NCBI GenBank assembly: GCA_003971905.1
Contig: RSEE01000044.1
Span: forward strand, 186,001 to 250,000
DNA: 64,000 nucleotides
Reading direction: 5' to 3'
Origin: Moniliella sp. 'wahieum'
Lineage: Eukaryota
The notes under the pieces were generated by a model that saw nothing but the letters and a program-made list of their open reading frames with translations, was not told the origin of the DNA and did no database searches. The translations under genes were made by a program, and so were the position numbers. Shown in pieces: positions 24,991-36,973 of the stretch (its first letter is position 1; each line of letters opens with the position of its first letter).

Positions 24991-25230
24991 TGTTGGCCTA
25001 GGGAGCCGGACGGGCAGAAGGATGAGGAGAAGGTGATGGATTGGAGCCAGAGTTGGGTCTGGGTACAGAGGCATCTATATAGGAGGCTGGACTAGGCACA
25101 GGGACAGTGAGTCACACAGGAGAGAGTGCAGGGCACAGGGACAGTGACACGCAGGGACGTCAGCGTGGAAGCCGATGGAACCGAGGCGAACCTGGTCTAC
25201 CGACTGGGAGCCAGAGGATCACAGTCAACA
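24991..25230. repeat. LTR copy 2 (240 bp)
   Basis: Identical to 23834-24073 on manual base-by-base comparison. Confidence 0.95.
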
Positions 25231-26034
25231 TGTAGACCATCAAAGAAGGCAGCAAGTTGATGAAGAGAAAACATCCAGATTCACAATATTCACACCGTAT
25301 TATGTTTCGGAAGAGCGCTGCCTATAGCACGCTATAGTCCCCCGGGTCGTCGGGGGAATGCAACGGAAAATACACCTGTTGCCAAGGTGATATTGATAGG
25401 AGATCCGATAGGAGATGATGCTGATGATGTAGAAAATCAAAATCATCCAACTCCGGAGATGAACAGGATCATTAATCATTCGATCTTGAAAAGACATGCC
25501 GCAGGCGCGGGGGATTTATTGGGTGTGACGCCGTCCGTCGCAAAAGCATAGTATCAGAGAACGGAATGTGAGCACCATCCAGCCGAGTGCGGAACTGGAG
25601 GCAGAGAGGAGCATGATAAAACGTTGCTGATACACCGGTGAGTGTCACATGTCATGGTGCCCATGAAAGCTGTGGGCTGCCGGGTCAGAGTGACTGATGG
25701 ACACACCGGTCTCGGGGACATGCACAAGTTCAAGATGGTGACAAAGTGTGGGGTGGGAGCCTACCATTTTGCCCATATTCACCCTCCTATCGCTAGCAGT
25801 TGTCGCTGTGCACCAACAGGCTCTAGTACATCTTTCGCACTCTCTTATTTGGGCAGATTTGGTCGAACAAGCAGTACACATCGCGGGATGAGTGAGACCA
25901 GTCAAACGCAGTGCCTCTTTGGCCCAGCCGTAAAGCTCTGCAGATGCTATGAACGCAATAGAGGGAGAATGCACTAGTTTGCGCTCATGAGCACAACGAC
26001 GATAGGTATACATTGGCATATGATTGTGTCCAAC

Positions 26035-27034
26035 TTAAGCCCCCAAAAACGGCGCCACAATCGTTTCCACTTCCTGGTGTGAGAGCCGTCCCCGGCGCCG
26101 GGCATACTGCTGCGCCGATAGTTTTGTTCCGTCGCCCTGGGTGGTGGGCATGCGCGCATCGGCGGCGGCAAGCACTTTGCGAAGTGCAATCAGTTGCCCA
26201 GCCTTTTCGGCCCGCAACCAAATCATTCCATTCGCCCCTACGGCCGCCTCAAAAGGGAAGAAGGAGGAGACAAGTCCCAACAAGGTGTGCCCGCTGCTTT
26301 GAGACGGGTCCGCCGACTCGGAAGGAGGCGGGGCCGGCCGCAAGAGCGCAGCGGCAAGGAGGGGATGGACATGGGCAAGTGTGGCAAAGCCCGTATCCCG
26401 CTCCGCAACCTTAAGCTCTCCCAACCCATCGGATTTTCCAGAGGAGGGATCAACACAAGAGAGTTCAGGTTCTGCATGCACGTCGCACGAAAGTACACGC
26501 GCATAGACGATCGCGCCGGGCCGGAGCGTGGGCTTGGTCCGTTTCGTTGCGCCCTCAAACGCCAGCGCAGGAAGAACACATTGCACATGCGACGTAAGCA
26601 GGGTCACCACGTAGCCCTCGCTGTGCCGGTTGGTGATTTGGCCCACTACGTTGTCACCGACGGCTGGGGTGTACTTATGAAAAAGAAGGTTAGCTGCTTG
26701 CTCCGCGATTCAGTCGTGGCGGGTCACTTACCCTGTTCGATTCTCCCTCCACCCATCGGGCCGCGAGGTACCTCCTTGACCCCTTTGCTCCTCGCTTCTT
26801 CTGAACTACCGCGCCCAATGGACCGGGGACGGTGGCAAGGAGACTGGATCGCACTGAGCCCTCGGGGGCCGGGGTGGCTTCAATTGCGGCCTGCGCCGCG
26901 GAGGAAGAGGAGGCAAATGTTGCCTGGGCAATACCAGCTCCAAGCTTGACGGCAGATGGGAGTGCCGAAGACGCTGCGTGGTCGTCTTGGGAGGTGAAGA
27001 CGTGGACAACATCGCCGGGTAAGACGGTGGTCAT
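26035..27034 (-). CDS. RRP40: Exosome cap subunit Rrp40
   Basis: MTTVLPGDVV, VKLG, LPALAFEGATKRTKPTLRPGAIVYARV, EPELSCVDPSSGKSDGLGELK, PFEAAVGANGMIWL; one intron near 26680-26730. Confidence 0.93.
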
Positions 27035-27356
27035 GATGGCGGTGGCGGAGAGGGTGCCAAAGCGAATTTTTTTGCCCACTTGCGGCAGTAAGGAGCGGAC
27101 AACCCAACTGCAAGCGGCCTGGTTGTTCATTCCGCGTGGCCTCATTCCGCCGCGGCAGGAATAAAATGTTCAAGTATTTTGTGGTTTTGCCTTCCCTTTG
27201 TGGCTGGTTGAGTCATCGTACAATCCCGCGTTCTTCTTATCGTGACGGCTGGAGCAAACACTTATATCCGCCTCCTTCCTCCATCCGGCCCACCTCCAGA
27301 CACGACTTCCCTCCCCTCCGCTTTCTTCTTCCCTCTTGACGACCAGAACCTAGGCC

Positions 27357-28387
27357 ATGGGAGTCTCGCAGCCAGTCAAAGATGTGCTTTCCGGCACCGC
27401 CGGTGGCATCTCTCAAGTGTTTGTTGGCCAGCCTTTTGACATTGTCAAGGTCCGTCTCCAAACTGCGCCCGAAGGCACTTACAAAGGTACGCCCCCCCCC
27501 GCCTCTTTCGATTATCTCATTCCCTATTAACTCTCATCCCTAGGCGTCCTGGACTGTGCCAAACAAATCCTCATCAAGGAAGGCCCTTTGGCGTTCTACA
27601 AAGGCTCCCTCACCCCACTTTGGGTGCCGGTGTGTGCGTGTCGATCCAGTTCGGGGTCGTGGAAGAGATGAAGCGTCTATTTACTCGCCTAGACCTGGGC
27701 GGCAAGACGCCGGTCAATGCTCATGACGCGAAGGCTCTCACAGGCGGACAACTCTACCTCTCGGGGTTGGTGGCTGGGGTAGCGAATTCGGTGGTGGCCT
27801 CGCCGATGGAACATGTACGCATTCGCTTGCAGGCGCAAGGCTCCCTGCACAAGTCCTATGCGGGCCCGTGGGATGCCTTGCGGCAAATTTGGGCAGCCGG
27901 GGGCTTGCGCGGGGTGATGCATGGCTTTGTTCCTAGCGTGTTGCGTGAAGCGCATGGCCTCGGTGTCTACTTTTGGACGTACGAAGTGCTGGTCCGCAAC
28001 GAACTGGGCTCCCGCCCCCGCTCCCAGCTGTCTTCCGCCTCCGCTATGCTCTACGGCGGTGCGGCGGGTGCGACTCTCTGGTTGAGTGTATACCCACTGG
28101 AGTACGTGGCTCGGCTTGGAACGTTTGACTTACCCTGCGCATGATACTCACCTCCCTTTTTCCCCTCTTCTGTCAGCGTTATCAAGAGCCGAATGCAAAC
28201 CGATGCGGTCAAGTCCAGCGAACGCAAGTATCATGGCATGCTGGACTGCGCTCGCGCCATTTGGCGCGAGGCCGGTCCCAAAGGCTTTGTTCGTGGATTG
28301 GTGCCCACTATGATTCGTGCCCCCTTTGTCAATGCCGCCTCGTTTGCCACGGTTGAGTGGGCAGCGCGGCAGATGAGCACCTGGTAA
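27357..28387 (+). CDS. Mitochondrial carrier protein, Ymc1/Ymc2-like
   Basis: KDVLSGTAGGISQVFVGQPFDIVKVRLQ, KEGPLAFYKG, CVSIQFG, SPMEHVRIRLQ, YPL(D)VIKSRMQTD give three carrier repeats; two introns. Confidence 0.92.
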
Positions 28388-29059
28388 GGAGGCATGCCCC
28401 ATTACGTCGGCTTTATTTCCCTTGCCCCTCCCCCCCAAAAGCACTTTTGCCTCGACGACCGCCTCCTTCAAGGCCATCACCCAAAAGCTCCCCAGGAAAA
28501 ATCTATACCAAGACGCACCTACTGCTGAAATCCGTACCCCCGAGTCGTGAGTGCATGAGTGGACTGTAGAAAGAGGGTTTTGTTGCAGTACAAATACCCT
28601 GCGTCTCAGGCTGAAAGGATGACATTGGCGTGCTCACACGCGCTGACGGCCAATGGAGGAAAGGGGAGAAAATATGAAGAGAGGCGGCGAGACGTGGCGC
28701 GCGCAAGGGCAAACCTCGCGCGTTCTGATCAGGGTGGGGTGGGGTGGCATGGTGGTAGGTGTGCTCCAAGAGAGAGAGGCTTAGATGGAGCAGAGGCTGG
28801 CCCGGGCCTCTTGGGACACAACCCTGGGCGCGTTGACGCGACGGCGTCATATGCACGTCATATTCCTCGGCCCCATAGTCTGGCTGGCACGTGCGGCGGC
28901 GGGGCGGGAGGGATAGGGTTGCAACAATGGGTTGGTCGCCCAGTTGAATCACGCCGTCGACGGGTGTTGGACGTTGGGCCGGCATAGATGGTATAAACCT
29001 TCGCCCCCCAGCCTCCGGCAGCCCACCCTTCTCGCTTGCCCCCCCCACCACCAACGGCC

Positions 29060-30409
29060 ATGTCTGAACGCCGCACTTCCGCCCGCATTGCTTCCCAGGC
29101 CAAGCGGCCTGCCCCGCCCGAAGCCCCCGCCCCGACCACCACAACCCCCGCCGCCCCCAAGAAACCGCGCGCCGAATCGGCCTCCCCGCTGCACCTCTTG
29201 CGCTTGGCGCCGTCCTGCCTGCCCTCACCCTCACCTCGGATGCCAACGAGCCCATCCAGATCCCCACCGACGTGAGCAAGGCGGTGCTCTTTACCTATCC
29301 CAAAGCCAACACGCCCGGCTGCACCACCCAAGGCCAATGCTACCGTGACTCGTATGCTCAATTTGAGCAGGCTGGGTGGAAAGTGTTTGGATTGTCGGCC
29401 GATTCGCCCACGGCCCTGACCAATTGGAAGGTCAAGCAAGCGTTCCCTTACCCGCTTATCTCTGACCCGGACCGCACCCTAATTGCGGTCTTGACGGGCG
29501 AGAAGAGCAAGACGCTCCGCTCGCATTTTGTCGTGGATGGGGAGGGCAAGTTGGCGCTGAGCAGCGTAGGAGTCAAGCCGAAGGAGGTACGTTTTTGATT
29601 TCGTACTAAGGAGAGAGAAGAGGAGGGAGGCGAATGAGAGGAGCTGACCGGGGGATTCTTGGCAGAGTGCTGAAGCCACGCTGGCCTTCATTCACTCGGC
29701 GAGTGAGAATAAGGAAGAGAAAGCAGCGCCAGCGACCGAGCCTACCACCGAGCCTACTGCAGACTCTACCGCCGAACCAGCCCCGGAGCCTACTGAAGAC
29801 GCGAAGAGCGTCTCACCTGCACCACCGTCTTCGGTTCCCTCGCTTCTCAGTGTGGGTGACACGTTGCCCGAACTGACCCTCACGACCGATGCCGGCACCG
29901 AGGTGGCGGTGCCTTCCGACCTGAAACGGTCCGTCGTGTTTACCTACCCCAAGGCCAACACGCCCGGCTGCACCACCCAAGGTCAATGCTACCGTGACTC
30001 GTATGCTCAATTTGCAGGCTGGGTGGAAAGTGTTTGGCTTGTCAGCCGATTCGCCCACGGCCCTGACCAATTGGAAGGTCAAGCAGGCGTTCCCCTACCC
30101 GCTCATCTCGGACCCGAAGCGGGTCCTGATTGGTCCCTTGACTGGCGAACGCAGCAAGACGTTACGCTCCCATTTTGTGGTGGACGCCGAGGGTAAGCTG
30201 GCGCTGCAGAGCGTAGGCGTGAAGCCGAAAGAGGTAGGTTTAGTTGATTCCTCGCCCTCTTCCTCCGTAATCCTTCTTATTTGTGTTTGTTTTCCGGCCC
30301 CGCACATCAGGCTAACGTTTTGATTCTCCCCCGCCCCCTTTTCTCACTCCAGTCGGCTTCAGCTACCCTTGCCTTTATCGACGCGGACAATCAAAAGGCC
30401 AACCTGTAG
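29060..30409 (+). CDS. BCP/PrxQ (Dot5-like) peroxiredoxin with two tandem Prx domains
   Basis: Two copies of FTYPKANTPGCTTQGQCYRD..VFGLSADSP..W..KQ..PYPLISDP..RSHFVVD joined in frame by a P/T/E-rich linker. Introns 29587-29665 and 30234-30352. Basic N-terminus (RRTSARI, PKKPR). Confidence 0.9.
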
Positions 30410-30454
30410 GCTGCCGCGCTTTCCCGGAAACAGCACCCGAATTTTCTCCTTGGT

Positions 30455-30525
30455 CTTTCCATCTCCCGTCTCCCGTCTCCCATCTCCCATCTCCCGCTCC
30501 CATCTCCCTTCTCCCATCTCCCGCG
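30455..30525. repeat. Degenerate (CCATCTC/CCGTCTC)n short tandem repeat in the 3' flank of the peroxiredoxin gene
   Basis: ccatctcccgtctcccgtctcccatctcccatctcccgctcccatctccc. Confidence 0.85.
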
Positions 30526-31036
30526 CCTCCTGCAGCCCGTCGTACTGTCTACCAGTAGAGTTTTCTGGGGGAATCCCTCTTGCGTAATGTATCTTCGTAT
30601 GGAGTTCGGCACCCCACTGGCATGCATCAGTACTTAGCGGCTGTTACTCAGTACTGAGGCCTAGACCCAAGGGATTCGCGATCCATGACTCGCGATTGGA
30701 TTCGTGATTGGATTAGCAGGTACCCGATGCAAGTTTCCCTAGCGCACGCGGCCCGACCCACCGAGCATGGCCCACAGTGAGGCGGGGCTGCTGCATACAG
30801 ACTGTACCAACTGTACCAGGCTTGCCCAGCTAGACACTTTGACATGGCATGGATCATGTGTGATGCATGGGATGGGACGCGCAAAGTAGCTTAGGAAGCC
30901 GGGGAGAGCGACGGCTTGGCCGGGGAGGCTAAGGAGGAAGGGTTGGAAGCAACGTGGGGGGAAGAAGAAGAGGGAGTGGGAAAAGGAATTGGACCAGTGA
31001 CAGTGGTTGCAGTAGTCCCCTTGTCTGGCGTACTCC

Positions 31037-33239
31037 TCACTGGTTCGCCGACGCCGGAGAAAGAGCCAATAGAGAGTGAGGTAGGAGCCCAAAACGCCGA
31101 TGGCCGTGTAGATCGAGATGAGCAGCAAGGGCAAAAAAGGAAGACGGTCCCCCCACAAACGGGTGGAGCAGCTGGCCATAGAGCGCGACAGGAATCAAGC
31201 CGATCAAATAGGTGCGCCTGACAGCGACGAGGACCATGCGTACATTGGACACGAGCAGGTTGGTGGCGGTGTACCGACGCAGGGCTACCCCTTCCAACAG
31301 CAACCAGAGCGAAGCCAAGGCCAGCGCTGCGCCAGCCTCGGTACCGCGGATCAGAAGCGGGAGCAGGCTTACTGTACCTGCGGTAGCCAAGGTGGTGAAG
31401 ACGGCGGCATGCTCGCTGCTCAGGGGGGCAAGGTAGGTAGCCGGCAAGGTAAGTAGCAGAACCGCCTTTTCGTGCACATGCCAGCCCAGGGCGAACGAGG
31501 CGCCAGCACAAAGAACGACAGTATGGATAAAGGAGAGGTATGTCGGCCGCCGCGCGAGCATTCCCAGCGCAGGTAAGGACACGGCCAGTGTCAGGAGCGC
31601 ACATGCTCGCGGAGTCACGTTGGGCAACACGCCGAACGCCACATCGCCCACGAGCCCACGACTGGCGGCAGGGAGGATGAACCCACGTTCCTTGGCGCTG
31701 GCTACGTGCGCGCCCAGAAGTGGTACTCTGGCGATCGCAACCTCGGCCAAGGAAGGCACCGTTCGGAAGAGCGTGAGCAGTACCCGGTCCAAGGCAGTGT
31801 ACCATGCCCACACGTTGGGAGCCCAGTACGCATGGGTCAGACCGCGTCCAAAGGGAAACATGCGAGAAAGCAGTTGTTGGATTTCCTCCACAGGACTGTG
31901 ATAGGGGTACGGGTTACCATCCTTGGTCATCCCACTGAGTGCCAAAGGCACCAAGGAGAGCACGACAGGGAGCAAGGTAAAAAACGCCACGATCACCAAC
32001 CGTTCGGCTACACCGGCAAAGGAGCGCAGGCTCGACCCGACGGGCACGACGTAAGACCGCAGCAAGAAGATAAAGTACGCAGGGGCCATGTAGAGGTAAA
32101 TGTGTTTAAAGTTGAGCAGACTCGAAAACAGAAAGGCGCACAGAAGGGGACGGCGCTGTGGGGAAGTTCAACACAAGGTCAGCGAGCCAGTCAACACCCA
32201 CATAGGGGACTCACAACCACGTACCTGGCGCGCAGCCCAAAAGGACCAGAAGAGAATGCCAAACAGGAACCCATTGTACTGGAAATGAATGTGATCGACA
32301 AACAACAATCCTGGATGAAGAAGCAAACTGGCAAAGAGAACGAGACGAACGCCCCGTTGCTCCTCGGCGGTCCATCGCGTTTCTTGCACGATCTGGTTCT
32401 GGATCAAAATACCGGTACCGCTGCCGTTGCTGCCCGCGGCCGCGGGGGCAGGGTCGGGGTCGTCCAGTCCATCCGGTTCGGCGGAAGGGGAAGGAGGTCG
32501 GCCAAGGCCCACACCGCTGCCACGTACACCAGCTCCGATACGATGACGGTGGAGCGAAGGTAGACTTTGGCAGGCCACGCTGCATAGTTGAGGTTGTCCA
32601 GTCGCAGCAGCTCAGGGCAGAGGAGGCGCGGGTTGGGCCAGGAGCCATTGAAACCAGGCGAAAAAGGGAGGGTAGTCCAACGTCCATTCCGAGCCTTGGT
32701 CAAATACCATTCGCTGAGGGGCAAGGTGTGGGTAATGGCAAGCCAATTGCGATGCACTTCCATGTCGGTCGAATGGTACGAGGGCAGGAGCAGCAGACGC
32801 AGACCAAGCGCGACAAACATGATCGCGCCCTCGGGGCTTTCGAGCCAGGGAACGCGCAGCCGATGTCTGTCGCGCACAGGCTTGCGTGCCTTGGCAGGGG
32901 TGAGGACAAGAGGCGGCGTGCCGGCGGCGGCGGGGGTCGAGGTCAGGGCCGAGAGACTGGCCAGGCTCGCGGAGCGTCGGGGGCGGGTGGCAGAGGCGAG
33001 GCGGTGGGAGGGGAGGGAGGCAGGTGGGCGTGGCAGGCGCATTGTCGACGCCGGCAGCGGAGGGGAGGCGTGGGAGCGTCTGCTGGGAGCGGAGGTGGGG
33101 CGACAGGCTGGACAAGTCGCGGCGGGGGGTGCTGGCGGTGCGGAGGACATCGACGGAGGCGTGCTCGTGGAGCCGGCGGCGGGCGGGCGGGTCGCGGCCC
33201 AGGGGGAGGAGGTGGTGCGGGGGCGAGGGGAGACGACAT
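31037..33239 (-). CDS. ALG8: Dol-P-Glc:Glc1Man9GlcNAc2-PP-Dol alpha-1,3-glucosyltransferase Alg8
   Basis: [85 protein letters not shown]; both ends approximate. Confidence 0.93.
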
Positions 33240-33497
33240 GGAAGCTCGCCCGGATGGCCGCCAGACAGGATGGGATGCCGAGTGAAGGGCGCAGGAAGGG
33301 CGGGCGAGCGGGCGATGGGCGCAGCCTCGGCTGCTCGCTGCCTCGCCTCAGCGGCGCGGTGCGTACAGCAGAGTGGGGCTGGTGGGTGCTGTCCGTTTCA
33401 AAACACATCCCTGCGCCTCCGGTCACGTGTGCTGGGCTACGCTGTACATGGTTATATGCACCCCGCGCTCCCACCCGCCGCCCCCACCCCCACCACC

Positions 33498-34525
33498 ATG
33501 CCCAAAGCAACGCCCGAGGCCACCTCTGCCGCCGGTACGCTCCTTCACATGCATGCCGCCTCTTGCTGACCAGTGCAGCCGAGGAGACTGTGCTGGCATA
33601 CATGCGCGCCCAGAACCGGCCTTACACCGCCAACGATGTGCATCTCAACCTCCACGGCACCGTGGCCAAGACGCCGTCATGCGCGCCCTCATCACCCTGG
33701 CAGACAATGGCTGTCTGAGCAAGAAGGAGTATGGTGTGTTATCCGTGCCGCTGAACCTCTCTGCGCTGGGGCGTTGTCCAGGCCTGCGGGGCTACCACGC
33801 TGACCGGGCATTCAGGCAAAGCATTCTCTTTGTTCCTACCCAAACCTCCCTCCCCGTTTTGGACGAGCACAGATGGCCCAACTCAAGACAGCCACCAAAG
33901 CCCACAAGGCTGATTTGGAACAGGTTCAACGCCAAATCCGCACAATCCAGGCTGGTGCGCTTCCTCTGCTCTCTCGCCCCGCCCCCGTCTTGCCTTGTGT
34001 CCGGAGGACGAAGCTGACTGGTTCACTGGCGAGGAGCAGAGACGAGTGCCCTACTGGCCACCCCCACCAGTGAAGACATGCCGACCCAGATTGCCTTGGC
34101 GGAAAGCAAAGTTTGTCTTTCCCTTCTTGTGGACTGCAAGCAAAGATCCCAACGTACTGATCTATCTCTGCAGCGTGACGCTTTGCGCGCCCAGTTGACC
34201 CAAAAGCAAGCTCACCTCGACCACCTGCCAACTTGACCCCCGAGCAGGCCAACGACCTAGGCCCCTCGCTTCAGTTCTGCGCACTAAATGGCTGGCACGC
34301 CGACAAGCCGAAACGGAGTGCGTCTTTCCTTTCCTCTCCCTCACGTTGCAACCCCTGCAACTGACTGCGTGCCTTTTCTTGCCAAGCCTCACACGCCTGA
34401 TTCTCGACGCAGCGCGGGACGCTGGGGGCCAACTGGCTGCTGAAGCAGACAGCCTCGATGACGGTCTCTCCCTTCCCAAGGACGAGGCTGTCGAACGGGA
34501 GCGTCAGTTCCACCAGGCCACCTGA
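33498..34525 (+). CDS. HOP2: Hop2/TBPIP meiotic recombination factor (multi-intron)
   Basis: AEETVLAYMRAQNRPYTANDVHLNLHGTVAKT..VMRALITLADNG.LSKKEY(G)KSILF winged helix followed by a coiled coil; exon boundaries and end approximate. Confidence 0.8.
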
Positions 34526-34655
34526 CATGCAGCTGTGGCACTTGCCCTCGGTACCATCTGGCAGTGGCAAGGGGGCCGATCTGTTTTACCACCTAGCCCA
34601 GTCTACTTGTACGCGTCTGGGGTCCGATAGGGAAATTGATACGTGACGCGACTGC

Positions 34656-35122
34656 CTAAACCCTCGACTGAGGCGATACCTAGAAGGAAAGAAAACGGTA
34701 GTGTTAGTATGCTGCCATGCTCTGTGGAGGGACTGCTGGGCAGAGGAACGGGAAGAGAAGAGCGTACCATAATTACGCCGTCGCCGCGAACAAAGAGCAT
34801 TGGGCTAGCACGCGATACAGTCTAGGCGCAAGCAAAAGGGTCAGTGGGCAAGGAGGAGGGGGAAGAAGGTGAGGGCAGAGGATGCATGGCACGCACCTGC
34901 ACCGATCCGTCGGTCGGGTTGACCGTGTAGATCGTTTCGCGCACGTCGCCGAGGATCATGTTCATGTGCCCGTCGTAGGCGTGCAGCAGGCCCGTCAGCT
35001 CGCGGTCGCCGCGTAGCTTGATGAACACGCTCGCTCAGTGCCAGACGGATCAGCCCGAATGGCTCGGTGACGCCGTGCGCAGCGGTGGTGCTGGCCAGGG
35101 CAGAGGCTACGTCGGGAGCCAT
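34656..35122 (-). CDS. LSM3: U6 snRNA-associated Sm-like protein Lsm3
   Basis: [66 protein letters not shown]; two introns. Confidence 0.95.
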
Positions 35123-35371
35123 GGTGTGGTGGTCGGTGCTGGGGTGCAGAAGGCCCGCGCCGACGCGGAACGCCAGCCAGCCAGGGGGATTTAATTTCTT
35201 TCCATTTGTTTTTTCGCCTGGGTGGCGCGCTGCCCGGCCGACCCACGCACTGCCCACGCCCAGCATGGGCAGCACGCATCATGGCATGGCGTCCACGACG
35301 CCCATCCTCAGCACATCCCTCAGCACCGCCACCGCCACCACCTCCCGCCTCTCCCGCCTCTGCTTGCCACC

Positions 35372-36865
35372 ATGGCTGCCGCGCACTCGCCCCTGTCCGC
35401 CACAGAGCTGCCTGTTGCACTCATTGCGCCCCTGCCGCCTTCTGCGCCCCTGGCGTCCCCCGCCACCACCCGGGTCTGGGACGAAGCCGATCTGCCCCTC
35501 TTCCTCCACTCTCCTGGCATCGCCCAACTCCAGCGCTTCCTTTCGCGCATCAGTGCCGCCGCAGTGGGGCACCCCACGCTCGTTCTGACCCCTGCGCAGG
35601 AGCAGCAGCTGCCTGCGTCGGTACAAGCCGTGGCCACCATCCTCCACACCTTGCGCGGCTGGATTGATGACTTCCCGCCGCGCACGGACGCCCAGCGGTT
35701 CGGCAACTTGGCTTTCCGCGACTATGGGCGGTACGCGGAGCAGCACACGGCCCAGCTGCACCGCAACCTGCTTCCTGCTTCGCTCCATGGGTTTGTGCCT
35801 GAACTGGCGCCGTATCTGGTCGCGAGCCTGGGTTCGTTTGTGCGTCTGGACTATGGAACGGGCCATGAGCTCGCGTTCGTTGCCTACCTCACCTTCCTTG
35901 CTCGTTTGGGCCTCTGGGGCGAGATGGCACAACCAAGGGGAAGGCGAACGATGTGCCCGTGGCCGTAGGTGAGATGGACCGGCTGGTGGGGCTCTACTTG
36001 TTCCCGCTCTACCTACGCCTGGTGTGGACGTTACAAGACGTGTACCGTCTCGAACCCGCCGGTTCGCATGGCGCTTGGGGACTGGACGATTTTGTTTTGT
36101 TCCTTACATTCTGGGCGCCGCCCAGTTGACCGGGCAGGAGAGCGGGTACGAGCCCCGCCATATCCCCTGGCGATGCACCAGCCACCGGCAGTGGCAGGCC
36201 AGAGAAGCACAAGCGGACCTCGTCCACCGTGCCACCCGAAGCTCCTGTCGTTTGTGCCCGCTCCGTCGCTGACAGTGACCGACCTAACGTCCGGTCCACC
36301 TTGGGCCAACTTATTTTCCACTGCTGTGGCCAGGATCCATGTCCTGAAACGCGGGCCCTTTAACGAGCACAGCCCCCTGCTGTGGGACTTATCCGGCACA
36401 GTCCACTCGTGGAACAAGATGTACATGGGGATGCGCAAGATGTGGACTGCCGAGTGCTGGGCAAGCTCCCGGTTGTCCAACACTTTCTCTTTGGTCATCA
36501 TGCCTTCCCTTGGCCTGGACCTAACCGCCCCAGCGGCCGGAGCAGCACACGAGGCGCGACGACCCATGCGCAATCGCATCCCCTTGTCGCACCCGGCCGA
36601 CAACATGGGGGACCACCGCTGTTGGCAGCTACTAGGCCTTCGGCCGGGACTACGGCCCCTTGGGCCCTCAATTCCTCTACTCGTTCCGGTCCTCAGGGCC
36701 ATTGGGCCGTCCCTCGCGTCTGCCACCTGCTTCAGCTACGTTTGTTGGTCGGCCGCGCCCGCGCCTCGCCCCGGGGTTGGCACCCAGGCGCCTTGGGTTG
36801 CTCCCTCCACATCCGCACCGACCGCCAAGCCGCCTTCCCATACCCACGACGAGACCAAACTGTAA
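35372..36865 (+). CDS. RRD1: PP2A phosphatase activator PTPA (Rrd1/Ypa1-like)
   Basis: QRFGNLAFR, LGSFVRLDYGTGHEL, YRLEPAGSHGAWGLDD, KRGPFNEHSPLLWDLS, VLGKLPVVQHFLFG. Confidence 0.9.
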
Positions 36866-36973
36866 CTGTAATTGTAACTGTAAAGAACCAAACCAACTAC
36901 GATCCGAAATCGAAAGAAAAACAAGGCCCAAGTACCATTCAATCAATCCTCCTGTGCCCCCTTCACGACCCGG

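Larger units (their letters stand above)
23834..25230. mobile_element. Non-autonomous LTR retroelement (TRIM-like), 1397 bp
   Basis: Two identical 240-bp direct repeats bounded by TGTTG...CAACA. Flanks TTTAG/TGTAG resemble a 5-bp target-site duplication with one mismatch. The 917-bp internal region shows no recognisable gag/pol. Confidence 0.9.
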
